DNA of 64,000 bases from the human T2T-CHM13v2.0 reference genome, Homo sapiens, in assembly GCF_009914755.1 (NCBI RefSeq), contig NC_060946.1; one strand, given 5' to 3'. The position numbers and the translations under genes were made by a program. Positions within the stretch are counted from its first letter, which is position 1. Each line of letters opens with the position of its first letter. Shown here piece by piece: positions 25,019 to 41,806 of this stretch. The notes under the pieces were generated by a model. It saw only the letters and a program-made list of their open reading frames with translations. It made no database searches and was not told where the DNA came from.

Positions 25019-25636
25019 TGAAGCAGGGGTTAAAAGAGAAAAACAAGTTTCCTCTTGCTAGGCTGACCCACTCCAAGACCTGGTGATAGGCAGCAGAGCT
25101 CTGGCAAAGATTTGATAACTATCTGCAAAACCAGAGCCCTCAAAGGATGTGCTCCAGAGCCCCCTCCCCTCCCAGTTATGGGCAAGGACGAGAAAACAGG
25201 TTCTTCTCCTATCCCAGCTCCCCACTCCCCTCTTAGTAACCCTTCCTTAGTGAAACTCAAGGTTACTTTACAAAGTTTTACGGATTCCTGTTTCTCCTCT
25301 GTGTAACATAACAAGGTCATCAGACATGCTCAGGTAAGACATGTACCAGCTGTAAATCCTGCCTTAGTTTGGTAAGTTCCTGTTTTTTCCTCAGGTTGCA
25401 AAACCTGTCACTGTATGATTAACTGCCTTTGTTCTGCCTCTGTAAGTCCGCTTGCCTGCCTTGTAAGCTTTGTGCAACTAGATGGCCAACCCCCTCAGTT
25501 GTATGTATAAAAGTCAAGCCCCGTCTTTGTTCAGGGCTCAGCCTTTCGGATGCGAATCTGCTGAGCCGGTGCACACTTTAATAAAATCCTCCTGTTTCAC
25601 CCATTTGGTCTCTTTGGTCCTTTGATTCCTACAACA
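25019..25636 (+). mobile_element. Solo LTR (LTR22/HML-5-like)
   Basis: TG...CA termini, tataaaa and aataaa, flanks ctgg/ctag. Family assignment tentative. Confidence 0.6.
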
Positions 25637-25653
25637 CTAGTTGACGATTTGCT

Positions 25654-26166
25654 TGTGATACCCTACCTTGTTTAACCTGAGTAACTCTCTCCTAGCAGAG
25701 AGAGAGCCGGACAGACTCCATTTTAGTTTCTTCACTTGCAGCCTCCCTTAAGGCATAACTAGTGTAAACCGACTCACAGCACGTCCAGGAATGCACCTAC
25801 TGAGAAGATATTGAGGCAAGCTGCACTAGCAGCTCCTGGGGACGCGCGTGGTGGATGGCACCCAAAACCCCTGCATTTATCTCTTCGTGATAGTTTAGGC
25901 CCCTGCACCTGGAACTGTTTATTTTTTGTAACTGCATTTGTAACCAATTAATTTTTTTAACTTTTTGCCAGTTCTGCTTCTGTAAAAATTGCCTCAGCTA
26001 AACTTCCCCCTCCCCTGTTTAGACCATGGTATAAAAACAAAACTAGCCCCTTCCTCAGGGCTGAGAGAATTTTGAGCGTTAGCTGCCTCTCGGTCGCCGG
26101 CTAATAAAGGACTCCTTAATTTGTCTCAAAGTGTGGCATTTCTCTATAACTCGCTTGGTTGCAACA
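25654..26166 (+). mobile_element. Solo LTR (LTR6/HERVS71-like)
   Basis: TGT...AACA termini, TATA and AATAAA; the 3' half is similar to 28547-29216. Confidence 0.65.
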
Positions 26167-26224
26167 GCTGAGCTGTCTAAAGACCTGGGATCACTAGGAT
26201 CATAGAAAAGAAATGTTCGGGTTA

Positions 26225-26506
<282 letters not shown>

Positions 26507-27471
26507 TCAGATTTTTTTTTGAGATGGAGTCTCGCACTGTCGCCAGGCTGGAGTGCAATGGTATGATCTCGGCTTACTGCAACCTCCGCCTCCTGGGTAC
26601 AAGCAATTCTCCTGCCTCTCAGCCTCCCGAGTAGCTGGGATTACAGGCACCCACCACCATGCCCGGCTAATTTTTTGTATTTTTAGTAGAGACGGGATTT
26701 CTTTATGTGGGCCAAGCCGGTCTCAAACTCCTGACTTCGTGATCCACCCACCTCGGCCTCCCAAAGTGCTGGGATTACAGGTGTGAGCCACCACGCCTGG
26801 CCCTATTCAGATTTTTTAAAGGTGCTAGACTCCTAGTTAATCTGTTTAGGATTGGGAGGGCCTGGAAGAAAAAGATCTAGCTACATTAATAGAGATTCTT
26901 TACAGTTGCAAATTTTCCCCCACAAAGGACAGCTTTGCAGGGCCATTTCAAGATATGGCAAAGAAACATGTTTTAAGATAAAATATTTTTATTTTCTTCC
27001 TTGTCTCGTAATGCTATGCCAGAGTCAGGTTGGAAAGTGAGTCACGATATGTAGGGTTAAATAAAACCCATCTAGTGAGAATTTATGATTTGTAGGGCAT
27101 GACTCCTCAGATCCCTTAGATAGGAATTTGAGCAAAACAAAAAAATCACAGTGTAGTCCTCATCACCCATGTAACAAACCATTCGTTGTCCCCCTGTACC
27201 TATAATCAAAGTTTAAAAAATAAAATAAAGTATTTTTGAAAAGAAAATGCAGTATATACAAACAGTAGAATATTAGGAGATTCTATCATGTGCTACAAAG
27301 TAGGTGGTATGTACACATAGTAGAATATTATTCAGCCTTGAAAAAGGAGATTCTGTCATACCTATAATATGTTTATAATAAAAGTTTTAAAATATACCCC
27401 TGTACCTATAATAAAAGTTTAAAAAATAAAATAAAGTGTTTTTTGTTTTGTTTTTGTTTTTGTTGTTTTGA

Positions 27472-27656
<185 letters not shown>

Positions 27657-27673
27657 TAGCCAGGATAGTCTCA

Positions 27674-27811
<138 letters not shown>

Positions 27812-28546
27812 TTAGAAGATTCTGTCATATGCTACAAAGTAGGTGGTATATACACATAGTAGAATATTATTCAGCCTTGAAAAAGGAGATTCTGTCATGC
27901 ACTACAAAATAGGTAAACCTGGAGGACACTATACCAGGTGAAATAAGCCAGTCACAAAAAGACTAATACTGCATGATCCCACCTCCTTGAGATATCTACA
28001 ACAGTCAAACTCAAGGAAACAGAATGTAGAACAAGGGCTATCTGGGGCTAGGGGAGGGGGAAACTGAGAGTTGTCATTCAATGAGTATAGAGTTTCAGTT
28101 TTGCAAGATGAAAAAGCTCCAGAGATCTGTCACCAAACAATGTAAGTATAGTTAACAACACTGGGCCAGATGAGGTGGCTCATGCCTGTAATCCCAGCCT
28201 CCCTGAGGAGGGCGAATCGCTTGAGCTCAGGAGTTCAAGACAAGCCTGGGCAACATGGTGAAACTTGTCTCTACCAAAAATAGAAAAAAAAAAAAAAAAG
28301 CCGGGCATGGTGGCGCATGCCTGTCATCTGAGCTACATGGGAAGCTGAAGTGGAAGGATTGGTGGACCTAGGAGGTGGAGGTTGCATTGAGCCGAGATCG
28401 CACCACTGCATGACACAGTGAGACCCTATCTTCAAAAAAAAAAAAAAAAAAAACCCACTGAACTGTACACTTAAAAATGGTTAAGAAGCCAGATGTAGTG
28501 GCTCACACCTATATTCCCAGCACTTCCCAGAATTTATGGTTTGTAG

Positions 28547-29216
28547 TGTAATGCCTAACTTTGTTTTTTACTAACCTTATTTTAACCTTGTTTTTACTAA
28601 CCCTATTTTTAAATGTTCCCTTTTTGTCTCCTTAATTACCTAGCCTTGTTTCCCATATGAATAGACTCTCCCTTAGCGGGGAAAGCCGACGAACTCCATC
28701 TGGCCCCTTGATTTACAAGACGTTAAGGGCTCCTTACCCGACCCCCTTCGTCAAGGAGTTAACCTGTGTAAGCTGATCCTCAGCATTTCAAAGGAGCTCA
28801 ATGAACTGATAAGGTACTAGAACAAACAATGTATGAAGTTCCCAGGATTTTGCTCAAAAAGATAACAACATAAAGCCTTGAGTCTGTGTCCGGCATAGCA
28901 TCCATATCTAACTCTTATGAAGGATTTAGAGCCCCGCACCTGGTTCCGTTGCTTTTTTTGTAACCATTTGTCTTTTAAATTGTTTATTTCTCTGTAACCA
29001 TTTGTTTTTTGATTCTTGCGTGTTTTTACTTCTGTAGAATTATTGCATTTGAGCTCCCCTCCCCTTCCTAAACCAAGCTATAAAAGTAAATCAAGCCCCT
29101 TCCTCGGGGCCGAGAGAATTTTGAGCGTTAGCTGTCTCTTTGGCCACCGGCTTAAATAAAGGACTCTTAATTCGTCTCAAAGTGTGGCGTTTTCTCTAAC
29201 TCGCTCAGGTATAACA
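28547..29216 (+). mobile_element. Solo LTR (LTR6/HERVS71-like) inserted in a MER4 fragment
   Basis: Perfect 4-bp TSD gtag at 28543-28546 and 29217-29220; TGT...AACA termini. Confidence 0.75.
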
Positions 29217-29806
29217 GTAGGGCATGACTCTTCAGACCCCTTAGATAGGAATTTGCACAAGCTGAAAAGATCAGAGCTTAGCCCACACAAAGTAGATGAA
29301 TAGGAGAAAAGGCATACTAATTTATTAACATGTCCATGAGGGAGAATGACAGAGGGAGCACTCCAACCCCACAAAGAGCTGTAGCAGTTCATATACCATC
29401 TTGAGGTTACAGAAAGATTTGGGGCTTGGATCCTGGCAAAACAGGCTATGGGAAAGGGAGAAGAGGAGGCCTGGCTGGCAAAGGTGGTCTTGTTATGTAG
29501 ATGAAACCTCACAGATAGCAGTCCTCGGAGGAAAAAGATGGTAAATGTTTCTTTCAGAGTTTTAGGGTGTCAGAATCTCAGTTCCTCTTTCCTAGATCTG
29601 GACAAGGGAGGGCCTGGGAGAAAACCAGGCTGCAGCAATGCAGATTTTCTACAGATGCAAATCTCCCCCACAAAAGACCGCTTTTGCCGGGCGCGGTGGC
29701 TCAAGCCTATCTGTAATCCCAGCACTTTGAGAGGCCGAGGTGGGCGGATCACCTGGGGTTAGGAGTTCAAGACCAGCCTGGTCAACACGGGGAAACTCCA
29801 TCTCTA

Positions 29807-30040
<234 letters not shown>

Positions 30041-30168
30041 TCAAAATATATCAGAGAAGGATATTTTGATTACCTTTACTAGCCTTTCAGGTCTCAGAAG
30101 CAGATAGATGATGATGGATAGATGGATGGATAGATGAATGGATGGATGGATAGATAGATAGGTAGATA

Positions 30169-31310
30169 TGAGGACTAAGCTCTGCTTTTTTTTTTTTTTT
30201 AATCTTGCCCAAATTCCTATCTAAGGGGTCTGGGGAGTCATGCCCTATAAACCATAAATTCTCATCAGATGAGTTTTATTTAACCCTCTGTTTCATGACT
30301 TACTTTCCAATATGATCGCTGAAGGGGTTCACCTTGCCCACTGCCTAGACAGAGCTGATTTATATCAAGACACAGCAATTGCAATAGAGAAAGAGTAATT
30401 CACGCAGAGCAGGCTGTGCAGGAGACTGGAATTTTATTATTACTCAAATCAGTCTCACGGAAAACTTGGGGATCAGAGGTGGTTTTTTGTTTTTTGGTTT
30501 TTGGTTTTTTTTAGAAGGAGACTTGCTGTCATCCAGACTGGAGTGTTACCAGTGGTGACAGTCTAGCACCTTTTAAAGGTCTGATAGGAAACATTTGTCA
30601 TCTCTTGTCTCTAAGGGCAGCCACTATGAGACTTCAAAAGAGACTTGGTCTTCACAGTCTTTTATTTTATTTTATTTTATTTATTTTTGAGACACAGTCT
30701 AGTTTTGTCACCCAGGCTAGAGTGCAGTGGACCTCTGCTCACTGCAACCTCCCGCCTCCTCGGTTTGAGAGATTCTCCTGCCTCAGCCTCCCGAGTGGCT
30801 GGGATTACAGGCGTGCCACCGTGCCTGGCTGATTTTTATATTTTTAGTAGAGATGGGGTTTCGCTGTGTTGGTCAGGCTGGTCTCAAACTCCTGACCTCA
30901 GGTGATCCATCCGCCTTGGCCTCCCAAAGTGCTAGGATTACAGGTGTGAGCCACTGCGCCCAGCCACAATCTTTTATCTTAACCTCAACATTTTCTTTCT
31001 GTTGATCCCAGGTCTTTAGACAAACTAAACCGACTGTCAAGCAGAAAATGTTTAAATTTACCTATAGCCTGGAAGCCCCCTGACTTCGAATTGTCCTGCC
31101 TTTCTGGACCAAACCAATATATGTCTCGAATGTATTTGATTGATGTCTCATGCCTTCTTAAATATATATAAAACCAAGTTGCACCCCAGCCACCTTGGGC
31201 ACATGTTCTCAGGACCTCCTGAAGGCTGTGTCATGGGCCATGCTTACTCATATTTGGCTCAGAATAAATCTATTCAAATATTTTATAGAGTTTGACTCTT
31301 TTCGTTGACA
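30169..31310 (+). mobile_element. MER4-family solo LTR containing a MER51-like fragment and an Alu, inserted in a GATA/GGAT microsatellite
   Basis: tgaggactaagctctg...ttttcgttgaca with TSD gata at 30165-30168 and 31311-31314. Confidence 0.8.
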
Positions 31311-31398
31311 GATAGACAGACAGATACTGGCATAGGAATAGACAGGCAAATCTAAGACTTTTAATCTCTCTCTTTTTTTTTTTTTTTTTTTGAGATAG

Positions 31399-31605
<207 letters not shown>

Positions 31606-31912
31606 TGAGGTGATCTACCTGCCTCAGCCTCCCACAGTGCTGGGATTACAGACGTGAGCCATCATGCCCGGCCTTGATCTCTTAATTAAAACATCAATTT
31701 GCTGGAATAACAGGATGTATTTTTCTTTTATCATGCAGGACGGAGATGAGTAAAATCTCAGTAATCCTCTTCAGGGTTGACACAGCCCCCTTTTTTAAGT
31801 ATTTAAGTGCTTAAGGAATATACAAAGATGTTGATTACAACATTATTACCAGGAAATATGGCTATCAATTAGAACCGAAGGCTTCTTCTCAAAGGTTAAG
31901 ACTATTTTCATA

Positions 31913-32210
31913 TTGAGGTAGTTCAGCAGGGCTGGTTTCACAAGTTACAGATCACAAGGACCCCCTGATAAAACAGGATGCGGTAAAGAGGCCCGGACCA
32001 AACCTGCCAAAACCTCTGATCATCCTCACCGCTCATTATATGCTAATTAAAATTAATTCTTGTGCTAAAAGACGCTACCGCTACCACCAGTGACTTGACA
32101 GTTTTACAAATGCCATGGCAACATCTATACATTACCCTGTATGGTCCGAAACGGGAAAGAGTCCTCAGTTCGGGGAATCCCCCACCCGCTGCCCAGAAAA
32201 TTCATGAGTA
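31913..32210 (+). mobile_element. MER41-family LTR fragment
   Basis: ctgataaaacaggatgcggtaaag...tttacaaatgccatggcaac...ttaccctgtatggtc matches the recalled MER41 consensus. Confidence 0.65.
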
Positions 32211-32928
32211 ATTGAATGAATAACTGTTGATAACCTTCAAGTCATGTTCAACAGTAAGCAGGCTTCCAAAGCAATCCACCTTGGGAGCTGTAACCCAGCC
32301 TATGCTATAACAACCATAAGATGTTGGTTACTTATTTTCTTCTCTGTTCTTTTCTTCCTCCACATGTGGTCATTGAAGTAGAGGGTGTTCACCAATTCAC
32401 TAGTAATTGATTAACGTCACATTCTGCCCCCTGGAGGCTGCCTGCAAGATTCATGAACTTGTTTTGCTTCTGAAGAATGAAGATCCTGAGGTCATGCGAC
32501 CTCCTTGGCGATGTCCAGAAGTTTGATTGACGAAGGGACGCAAACAGCTTTGATCATGGGGGAATCTCACCTCCCGCCCTACCCACCTTACAAAGGAAGG
32601 TCAGATTCGAGAGTTTGGGTCTCCCATCCTCAGGCCGTGGCCAAATTGAATAAACCTTTCTCTGCTCCTAAGCGCCCACGTGTCAGTGCTTGGCTTACAG
32701 CGTGTCAGGTACTCAAACCTACCCTTTGGGGTTCTGCAACAGTCTTTTGACTCGATGGTAACATTGCGTCTCCAACTAAAGAATCTTATCATAAATTTCT
32801 CAAATGATTGATGTACTGATCAGTGTGTAACCTGCAGACACTAAATAGGACACTGATTTCTTTTAAGGTGAGCTGAAGTCTGAAGTTCGACTGATTGTCT
32901 TGTGTGTAGGCATTCTTATCCTGTATGA

Positions 32929-33354
<426 letters not shown>

Positions 33355-33816
33355 TAAAAAAAACCTTGTGACAGACTCTGAAATACCCCCAACCTTGTTG
33401 GTGTGTCTTCCTGGGTCGATCATCACATTTGGCTTCCAATAAACCTTTATCAAATTATTTCTGCCTCAATAGCCTTAATTTCGGTGGACACTCTGGACTG
33501 CTTAATAAATGGTGCTGGCACAACTGGCTATCCATCTGGAAGAAAATTGAGTCCTTTTTCATACCATATGCAAAAATAAATTCCAGATGGCTCAGAGCTT
33601 CAATGTAAAAAATTAAAATCTTAGAAAAAAATCCAGAAGACATGTACAAAACAGAAATTAGGAAAATCCTTATAATTAAAAGAGAGAATCCAGAGACCTT
33701 CAACAAAAATATAGATCTATTTGATTACATAAAATCTAAAATGTCTGTATGGGAAAAGATACAAATAGACAACTAGGCCAGGCATGGTGGCTCACACCTG
33801 TAATCCTAACACTTTA

Positions 33817-34258
<442 letters not shown>

Positions 34259-34261
34259 TGA

Positions 34262-34366
<105 letters not shown>

Positions 34367-34542
34367 TGAGTATCTGGGATTACAGGCATGCGCCACCAAG
34401 CCCGGCTAATTTTGTATTTTTAGCAGAGACGGGGTTTCTCCATGTTGGTCAGGCTGGTCTCAAACTCCTGACCTCAGGTGATCCACTCACCTCGCCTTCC
34501 CAAAGTGCTGGGATTACAGGCATGAGCCACCGCGACCGGCCC

Positions 34543-34925
34543 TTTCTTCTTTTTTTTTTAATGGGAGAAGGAGCCAATGCAATGGCTACTCTTTATTGGA
34601 AAGAAGAAACTTTGCAGCACATTTTGGGTAACTTGGTGCAGGTGCTCAGTACGTCAGCTGGCGGGGCACCAGCTTGTAATGGGTTCCATAGCTGGGGCAT
34701 CACTGGGTCTCGCCTTTGTGCAGCCCAAAGCAGGTGATGGTACTGTTGTCCTCTACGCAGATGCAGCCCACTCTTCTCTTGTTGGTGATGGAGAGGACTA
34801 AATTAGGGTCTTCTTTGGTGCCTGAAGCTGCCTTTAGGGGTAGTATATTATATGGGTCCGGTCCCTCCCTTGCAGCCATGATGACCTCCCTCTCCAACGC
34901 AGTTGCCTGCTTGTCATCAGTAGTG
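34543..34925 (-). pseudogene. COX5BP7: 5'-truncated processed pseudogene of cytochrome c oxidase subunit 5B (probably COX5BP7)
   Basis: Minus strand translates [90 protein letters not shown], against COX5B TDEEQATGLERE...[24 protein letters not shown]...LHKGEAQRCPRCGAHYKLVP. Intronless, AATAAA at 34592-34597, A-tail remnant. The pseudogene number is recalled. Confidence 0.9.
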
Positions 34926-35083
34926 CGATGCTGTTTGCAGGGTAAATAAATTGGAAATAAAGTGAATTCCCACTGGTGGATGAATGTGTAATTTATGGTA
35001 CATTCACACCATTGACTAGTATGCAGCCAAAATTTCTACAAGAAATTATTGAGAAAAGGGACAGAATGATGTGTATAATCATG

Positions 35084-35476
35084 TGTGATGGTTAATACTA
35101 AGAGTCAACTTGATGGGATTGAAGGATGTAAAGTACTGATCCTGGGTGTGTCTGTAAGGGTGCTGCCAAAGGAGATTAACATTTGAGTCAGTGGGCTGGG
35201 AAAGGCAGACCCACCTTTAATCTGGGTGGGCACCATTTAATCAGCTGCCAGTGAGGCCAGAATATAAAGCAGGCAGAATAACGTGAAAAGTCCAGACTGG
35301 CTTAGCCTCTTAGCCTACATCTTTCTCTCATGCTGGATGCTTCCTGCCCTCGAACATCAGACTCCAAGTTCTTCAGCTTTGGGACTTGGACTGGCTTTCT
35401 TACTCTTTAGCTTGCAGATGGACTATTGTGGGACCTTGTGATTGTGTGAGTTAATACTCCTTAATAAACTCCCCTT

Positions 35477-35521
<45 letters not shown>

Positions 35522-35599
35522 CTTATTAGATAGATAGATAGATCGACAGATAGATAGATAGATCCTATTAGTTCTGGCCCTCTAGAGAATCCTAATACA
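35084..35599 (+). mobile_element. MLT2A (ERVL) solo LTR with internal (GATA)n array at 35478-35562
   Basis: tgtgatggttaatact...cctaataca with 5-bp TSD tcatg/tcacg. Confidence 0.85.
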
Positions 35600-35820
35600 T
35601 CACGTGATGTTGTTTTTATAAAACAATGAAAAAACCTACATATGCTCATGCACAAGTACCTATGTTCCTTTGAAATTCTATGATCATGGAGAATATTTCT
35701 TGTATTCCAAGATCATTTACATGAGTTATCTGAAGAGCCGTGTGAAGTGGGAGAGAAGAAACAAGGGATGTGGGGAGCAGGGAGCAGTAAACCAAAAAGA
35801 AGGCCGGGCAAGGTGGCTCA

Positions 35821-36171
<351 letters not shown>

Positions 36172-36194
36172 TCATTTAAGTGAGAGAAAGAGAT

Positions 36195-36246
36195 TGTGTG
36201 TGTGTGTGTGTGCGTGTGTGTGTGTGTGTGTGCGTGTGTGTGTGTG
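36195..36246. repeat. (TG)n microsatellite
   Basis: Read directly. Confidence 0.95.
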
Positions 36247-36378
36247 TAATATAGAGAAATTCTTAGTGGTCAGTAAAACAACAACATATTTAGGTAGGAT
36301 GATGTAAAAAGTCAAGTCAGAGGTATTTATATACTTAGAAATGCTTTTCTGCTCTGCCACCAAAAATAATAATAACTA

Positions 36379-36585
<207 letters not shown>

Positions 36586-37013
36586 TCATTTTCCTCCACT
36601 CTGACAGGTACCCCAGTAAGCACCTCTATGACAAAAAGAAACTTAGTCCCGGATGCCACAAATAAACATTGTTATCATGATTTAAAGAGACACAGCCTGA
36701 CGACGAAAGGTCTCCGTTTAAATCTCCTTGGTTTGTGCAACTCTGTAAAGAATCAATCATTAGATTGCTCAGATCCCGCCATCTCGATCAATCTGAAATA
36801 CTGTATTTGTGTGTGTCTGGCCTGCTAGTTAAGATGTCTGGAGTGTTCAAAAGAATCAGTCTAGATTTATAATACTAGATTTATAATTAATCAAATTAAT
36901 AATGTTTAAATGCTTAAGGAAAATTGATTTTCAGAGTTATATTACTTGAATAAATTGAGCAATAAAGTACCAATGTTAATGAGTATTCCTCTCCATACAC
37001 AAAAATATCTTGA

Positions 37014-37175
<162 letters not shown>

Positions 37176-37930
37176 TGAGTAGCTGGGACTATAGGCACCC
37201 GCCACCACGCCTGGCTAATTTTTTGTATTTTTAGTAGAGACAGGGTTTCACCGTGTTAGCCAGGATTGGTCTTGATCTCCTGACCTCGTGATCCGCCCAC
37301 CTCGGCCTCCCAAAGTGCTGGGCTAACAGGCGTGAGCCACAGCGCCCGGCCATTTTTACTTAAAATTAAGATCACCTGCAAGTAACTGAAGCCTCAAAGC
37401 CAGAGGCCAAAACCAGACAGAAGCAGGCCCTCTGAGGATGGCCATGCATTTGTTCACCTTACAACCCCAGGTGAACCGGACATGCACAGTGTCAGCTGGA
37501 TGATCAGACAGACAGGGGAAAAGTGAGCCCCCAAATGGACAGGTGAGAGGCATAGGCTCTTCCTCTCTGGCAAAGCGCTCTCCCTCCAGCAAGGCAGGGA
37601 CGATGGCCTGCACTCCCGCTGGCCTGACTGCCCTGGCCTGGCCATCAACCGGAACCTGGCCCTCCTTCTCCAGAGGAGACCTCCCCGCATCCCCCCAGCC
37701 ACATGGCTTCCTTGAAAGATTCCCACCCCCTGTCTGTGGTGGGCAGGGACCCAAATCCCACCACACCCTCCCAAAGTCAGAATGGACCCGGTGAGGCCAG
37801 GCGAGATGGCTCACACCTGTAATCCCAGCACTTGGGAGGCTGAAGCGGGCAGATCGCTTGAGCTCAGGAGTTTGAGACCAGCCCGGGCAACATGGTGAAT
37901 CCCCATCTCTACCAAAAATACAAAAAACTA

Positions 37931-38074
<144 letters not shown>

Positions 38075-39569
38075 TCAATAAATAAATAAATTAATTAATA
38101 AGAACGGATCCAGTGAGGTGAGAAAGCACCGAAGCCACTGGAGGAGGCCAGCAGAGGAGCACAAGGAGGAAGGAGGCAGGGGGTGCAGGGGCAGGCGGGG
38201 CTCAGAGCCATCGGATTCCATCTAAAAGGCAGGGCCCAAAGGTGCAGTCAAGAGGAGGACAGGGAGGTCCTGGGGGTCCGGGGGTGGGGCAGCTTCTTCC
38301 CCGCTTTCCCATGGGATTTATTTTCAGGACAGCTGGGCAATTTGGGGAGCCGGGAAGGCTGCACCTGCCCCACCCCAGGCCAGCCGGGCGGCCTCCCTCC
38401 CCTGCTCCACCTTCTTGGGGTGCTGCTCTTCCTCTCCCTCTCCCTCTCATGGCACCCGGCCCTTGGGGCCTGCTTCCTCTGTGCCTCCTCCCTCTCAGGA
38501 CAGTGGAAGAGGCGTCCGCCTTCCCCTGACCCCAGCGACCGCCGTCCCCTCCTCTCCCCTAGTGCCTGCATTCCTTCCTCTTTCCTTCTGCAGCTTTTCT
38601 CTCTTGCCCCCTCCCCTCCAGCTTCACAGGAACTTTCCCGCGCCTGCTTTCCTTCGTGCTGTATGGCTTTTCTTTCCAGGAGGCATCCGGACTGAACAGT
38701 GAAGCGGCCAGGGATGGGGGGGTGCGGAGGGGGTCGGGGAGGGGGGCGGGGGAGGGCAGTGAAGCTGGGAGGTGGGCGGTGAAGCGTGGGGGACTGTGAA
38801 GCGGGGCGCTGACAGGGGATCTCCAGGCAATGAGCTCTCCCGGGGCACCGGCCAGAAGCCACGCCTTCCAGGAATGGACCACGGACCGGCCTCAGATGGC
38901 TAGCTGTGGCCACCTGCCCAGGCGAGCTACAGGGAAGAAGACGGTGGCTTCCAAGTGTGCCCCCAGCCTTTTCAGGGCCTGTAAGGTCCACGGTTCTCAT
39001 CATCATGTTTAAGATGTTGTCTTCCCGCTCTCATGTTCTCACAACGAACTGCGGAATTTTCCAGAGGCTGCATGCCATGCAATACTGCAACAGGTTTTTA
39101 CGCAGGAGATATGATAATCCACCTAACTATTAAGCCAAACAAAAAAGAGGCAACGGGGCGTGGGGGGGACACGGCGGGGAGTAAAGCAACGCCAACTCTC
39201 CTCACTGAATCTTTCTGTTTTGGAAAATATATTTTTCATAAAATGTGTTACTTATGTTAATAGGTAATGGCTTCAGGCCCAGTGCGGTGGCTCACATCTG
39301 TAATCCCAGCACTTTGGGAGGCTCAGGTGGATCACCTGAGGTCGGGAGTTTGAGACCAGCCTGGCCAACATGGCGAAACCCCATCTCTACTAAAAACACA
39401 AAAATTAGCTGGGTGTGGTGGTGGGCACCTGTATTCCCAGCTACTCGGGAGGCTGAGGCAGGAGAATGGCTTGAATCCAGGAGGCAGAGTTTGCAGCCGA
39501 GATCACGCCACCGCACTCCAGCCTGGGCAACAGAGCAAGGCTGTCTCCAAAAAAAAAACAAAACAAAAA

Positions 39570-39571
<2 letters not shown>

Positions 39572-39620
<49 letters not shown>
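39572..39620. repeat. (TA)n microsatellite at an Alu tail, between oppositely oriented Alus
   Basis: Read directly. Confidence 0.95.
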
Positions 39621-39625
<5 letters not shown>

Positions 39626-39650
39626 AATTTAAAAATATCTAATTCATTAA

Positions 39651-39980
<330 letters not shown>

Positions 39981-40689
39981 TGATAAATATTGATAGCTAT
40001 AACCCACATACACAAAAGCTCTCTGGGGTTCTTAACAGTTTTTAAGAATGTATATGGATTCAGCAACCAAAAAGTTTGAGAACTGCTGTAGAAGGATTAG
40101 TCATGAGGTGTCTGGTGCCAGATACAGGTTCAAGTCTCTGCTCTGCTACGTCCTAGCCATGTAGCCTTGAGTAACTAACCGCAGCCTCTCTAACCACTTG
40201 TCTCCACTCACAGAAACAGGTGCAACAATAGTACCTACCTCAGAGAGTCGTTGTCAGCATGCAGGTAACAACATACACAAGAGCTATACTGAGCACGTGT
40301 ACCAGGGCAATTCTGAGACTTTTCTTGTTTTTCGTTTTTTCCTTTGAGACAGGATCTCACTCTGTCACCTGGGCTGGAGTGCAATGGCATGATCATAGCT
40401 CACTACAGTCATGACCTCCTGGACTCAAGCAATCCTCCTGCTTCAGCCTCCCATGTAGCTGGGACTAGAGGTGCCACCACACCCAGCTAATTTTTTCTCA
40501 TTTTTCATAGAGACGGGGTCTCGCTATGTTGCCCAGGCTGCTTTCCAACTCCAGGCCTTAAGTGATCCACCTGCTTTGGCCTCCCAAAGTGCTGGGATTA
40601 CAGGCTTGAGCCACCACACCCAGCCATGACATGTTCTTGGGGATTCAGAACTTGGGTTAAGGCTTAAAGCTAAAGACAAAGCATGCTGA

Positions 40690-41031
<342 letters not shown>

Positions 41032-41806
41032 CTAAAGGGAACCACCAAGGAGTTGCCAGCAATCGACTAGAGCCAGACTCTACCCCCAGTGCAGGAAACT
41101 AGGACGAGGCAGAATCAGCCCTCATGTTACCACCTATGAGCATACACATGTGCGTGCATGCGTGCGCACACACATACACGAGCGTGCTATAGGAAAACAG
41201 CAAGAGTGACGCCACCTTGAAGCGTAACCGCCAGGAGGACTGGTGTCTGACCCTTGCATAACAATGTGTCCTGCAGCAAGGTCTTTAAACAATGCCCATC
41301 GCACAGATGACCCCTTGTAAAGATGCTTATCCAGCCTCCCCAGTGCTCATGAGTCTTGACAACAAAGTCTGAAGACATGACCAGCTACACGTTTCACCCT
41401 AAAAGCTTGCTATATAAAGAACACTTTCTGGAGGGCGGCTACGGGGATCTGCCATCTCTCAGCTGCCGGAGACACGGCCTCTGTTCTTAAGTCCCCATTA
41501 AATGTTTCTTTCTCAGAAACTGGATTTGTCAGCCTCTGTCTTTGGTCTCTTGCCTCCCTTGGTCTTGGGGGCAGGCATGCATAAATCTACCCACCACCAA
41601 ACACAGGCACATCGCCTTCTTCCTCCTCTGACCCTTCCCCCACCCGTGGCTTTATCTACCACTATGTGCCCAGGCCCCAGCATCTGCATCCCAGCAAGTG
41701 TGGGGTAGCACTGAGGATGGTGGAGTCTGGGTGAGTGGCGCATGAGGGTCTTTATATTGCTGCCTCTACTTCTGCATGTTTGAATTTTTTCATAATAAAA
41801 AGTTTA

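Noticed and set aside
35105-35125. DUX4 site in the MLT2A LTR
   Set aside because: Reads TGATGGGATTG, with a mismatch in the TGATT core.
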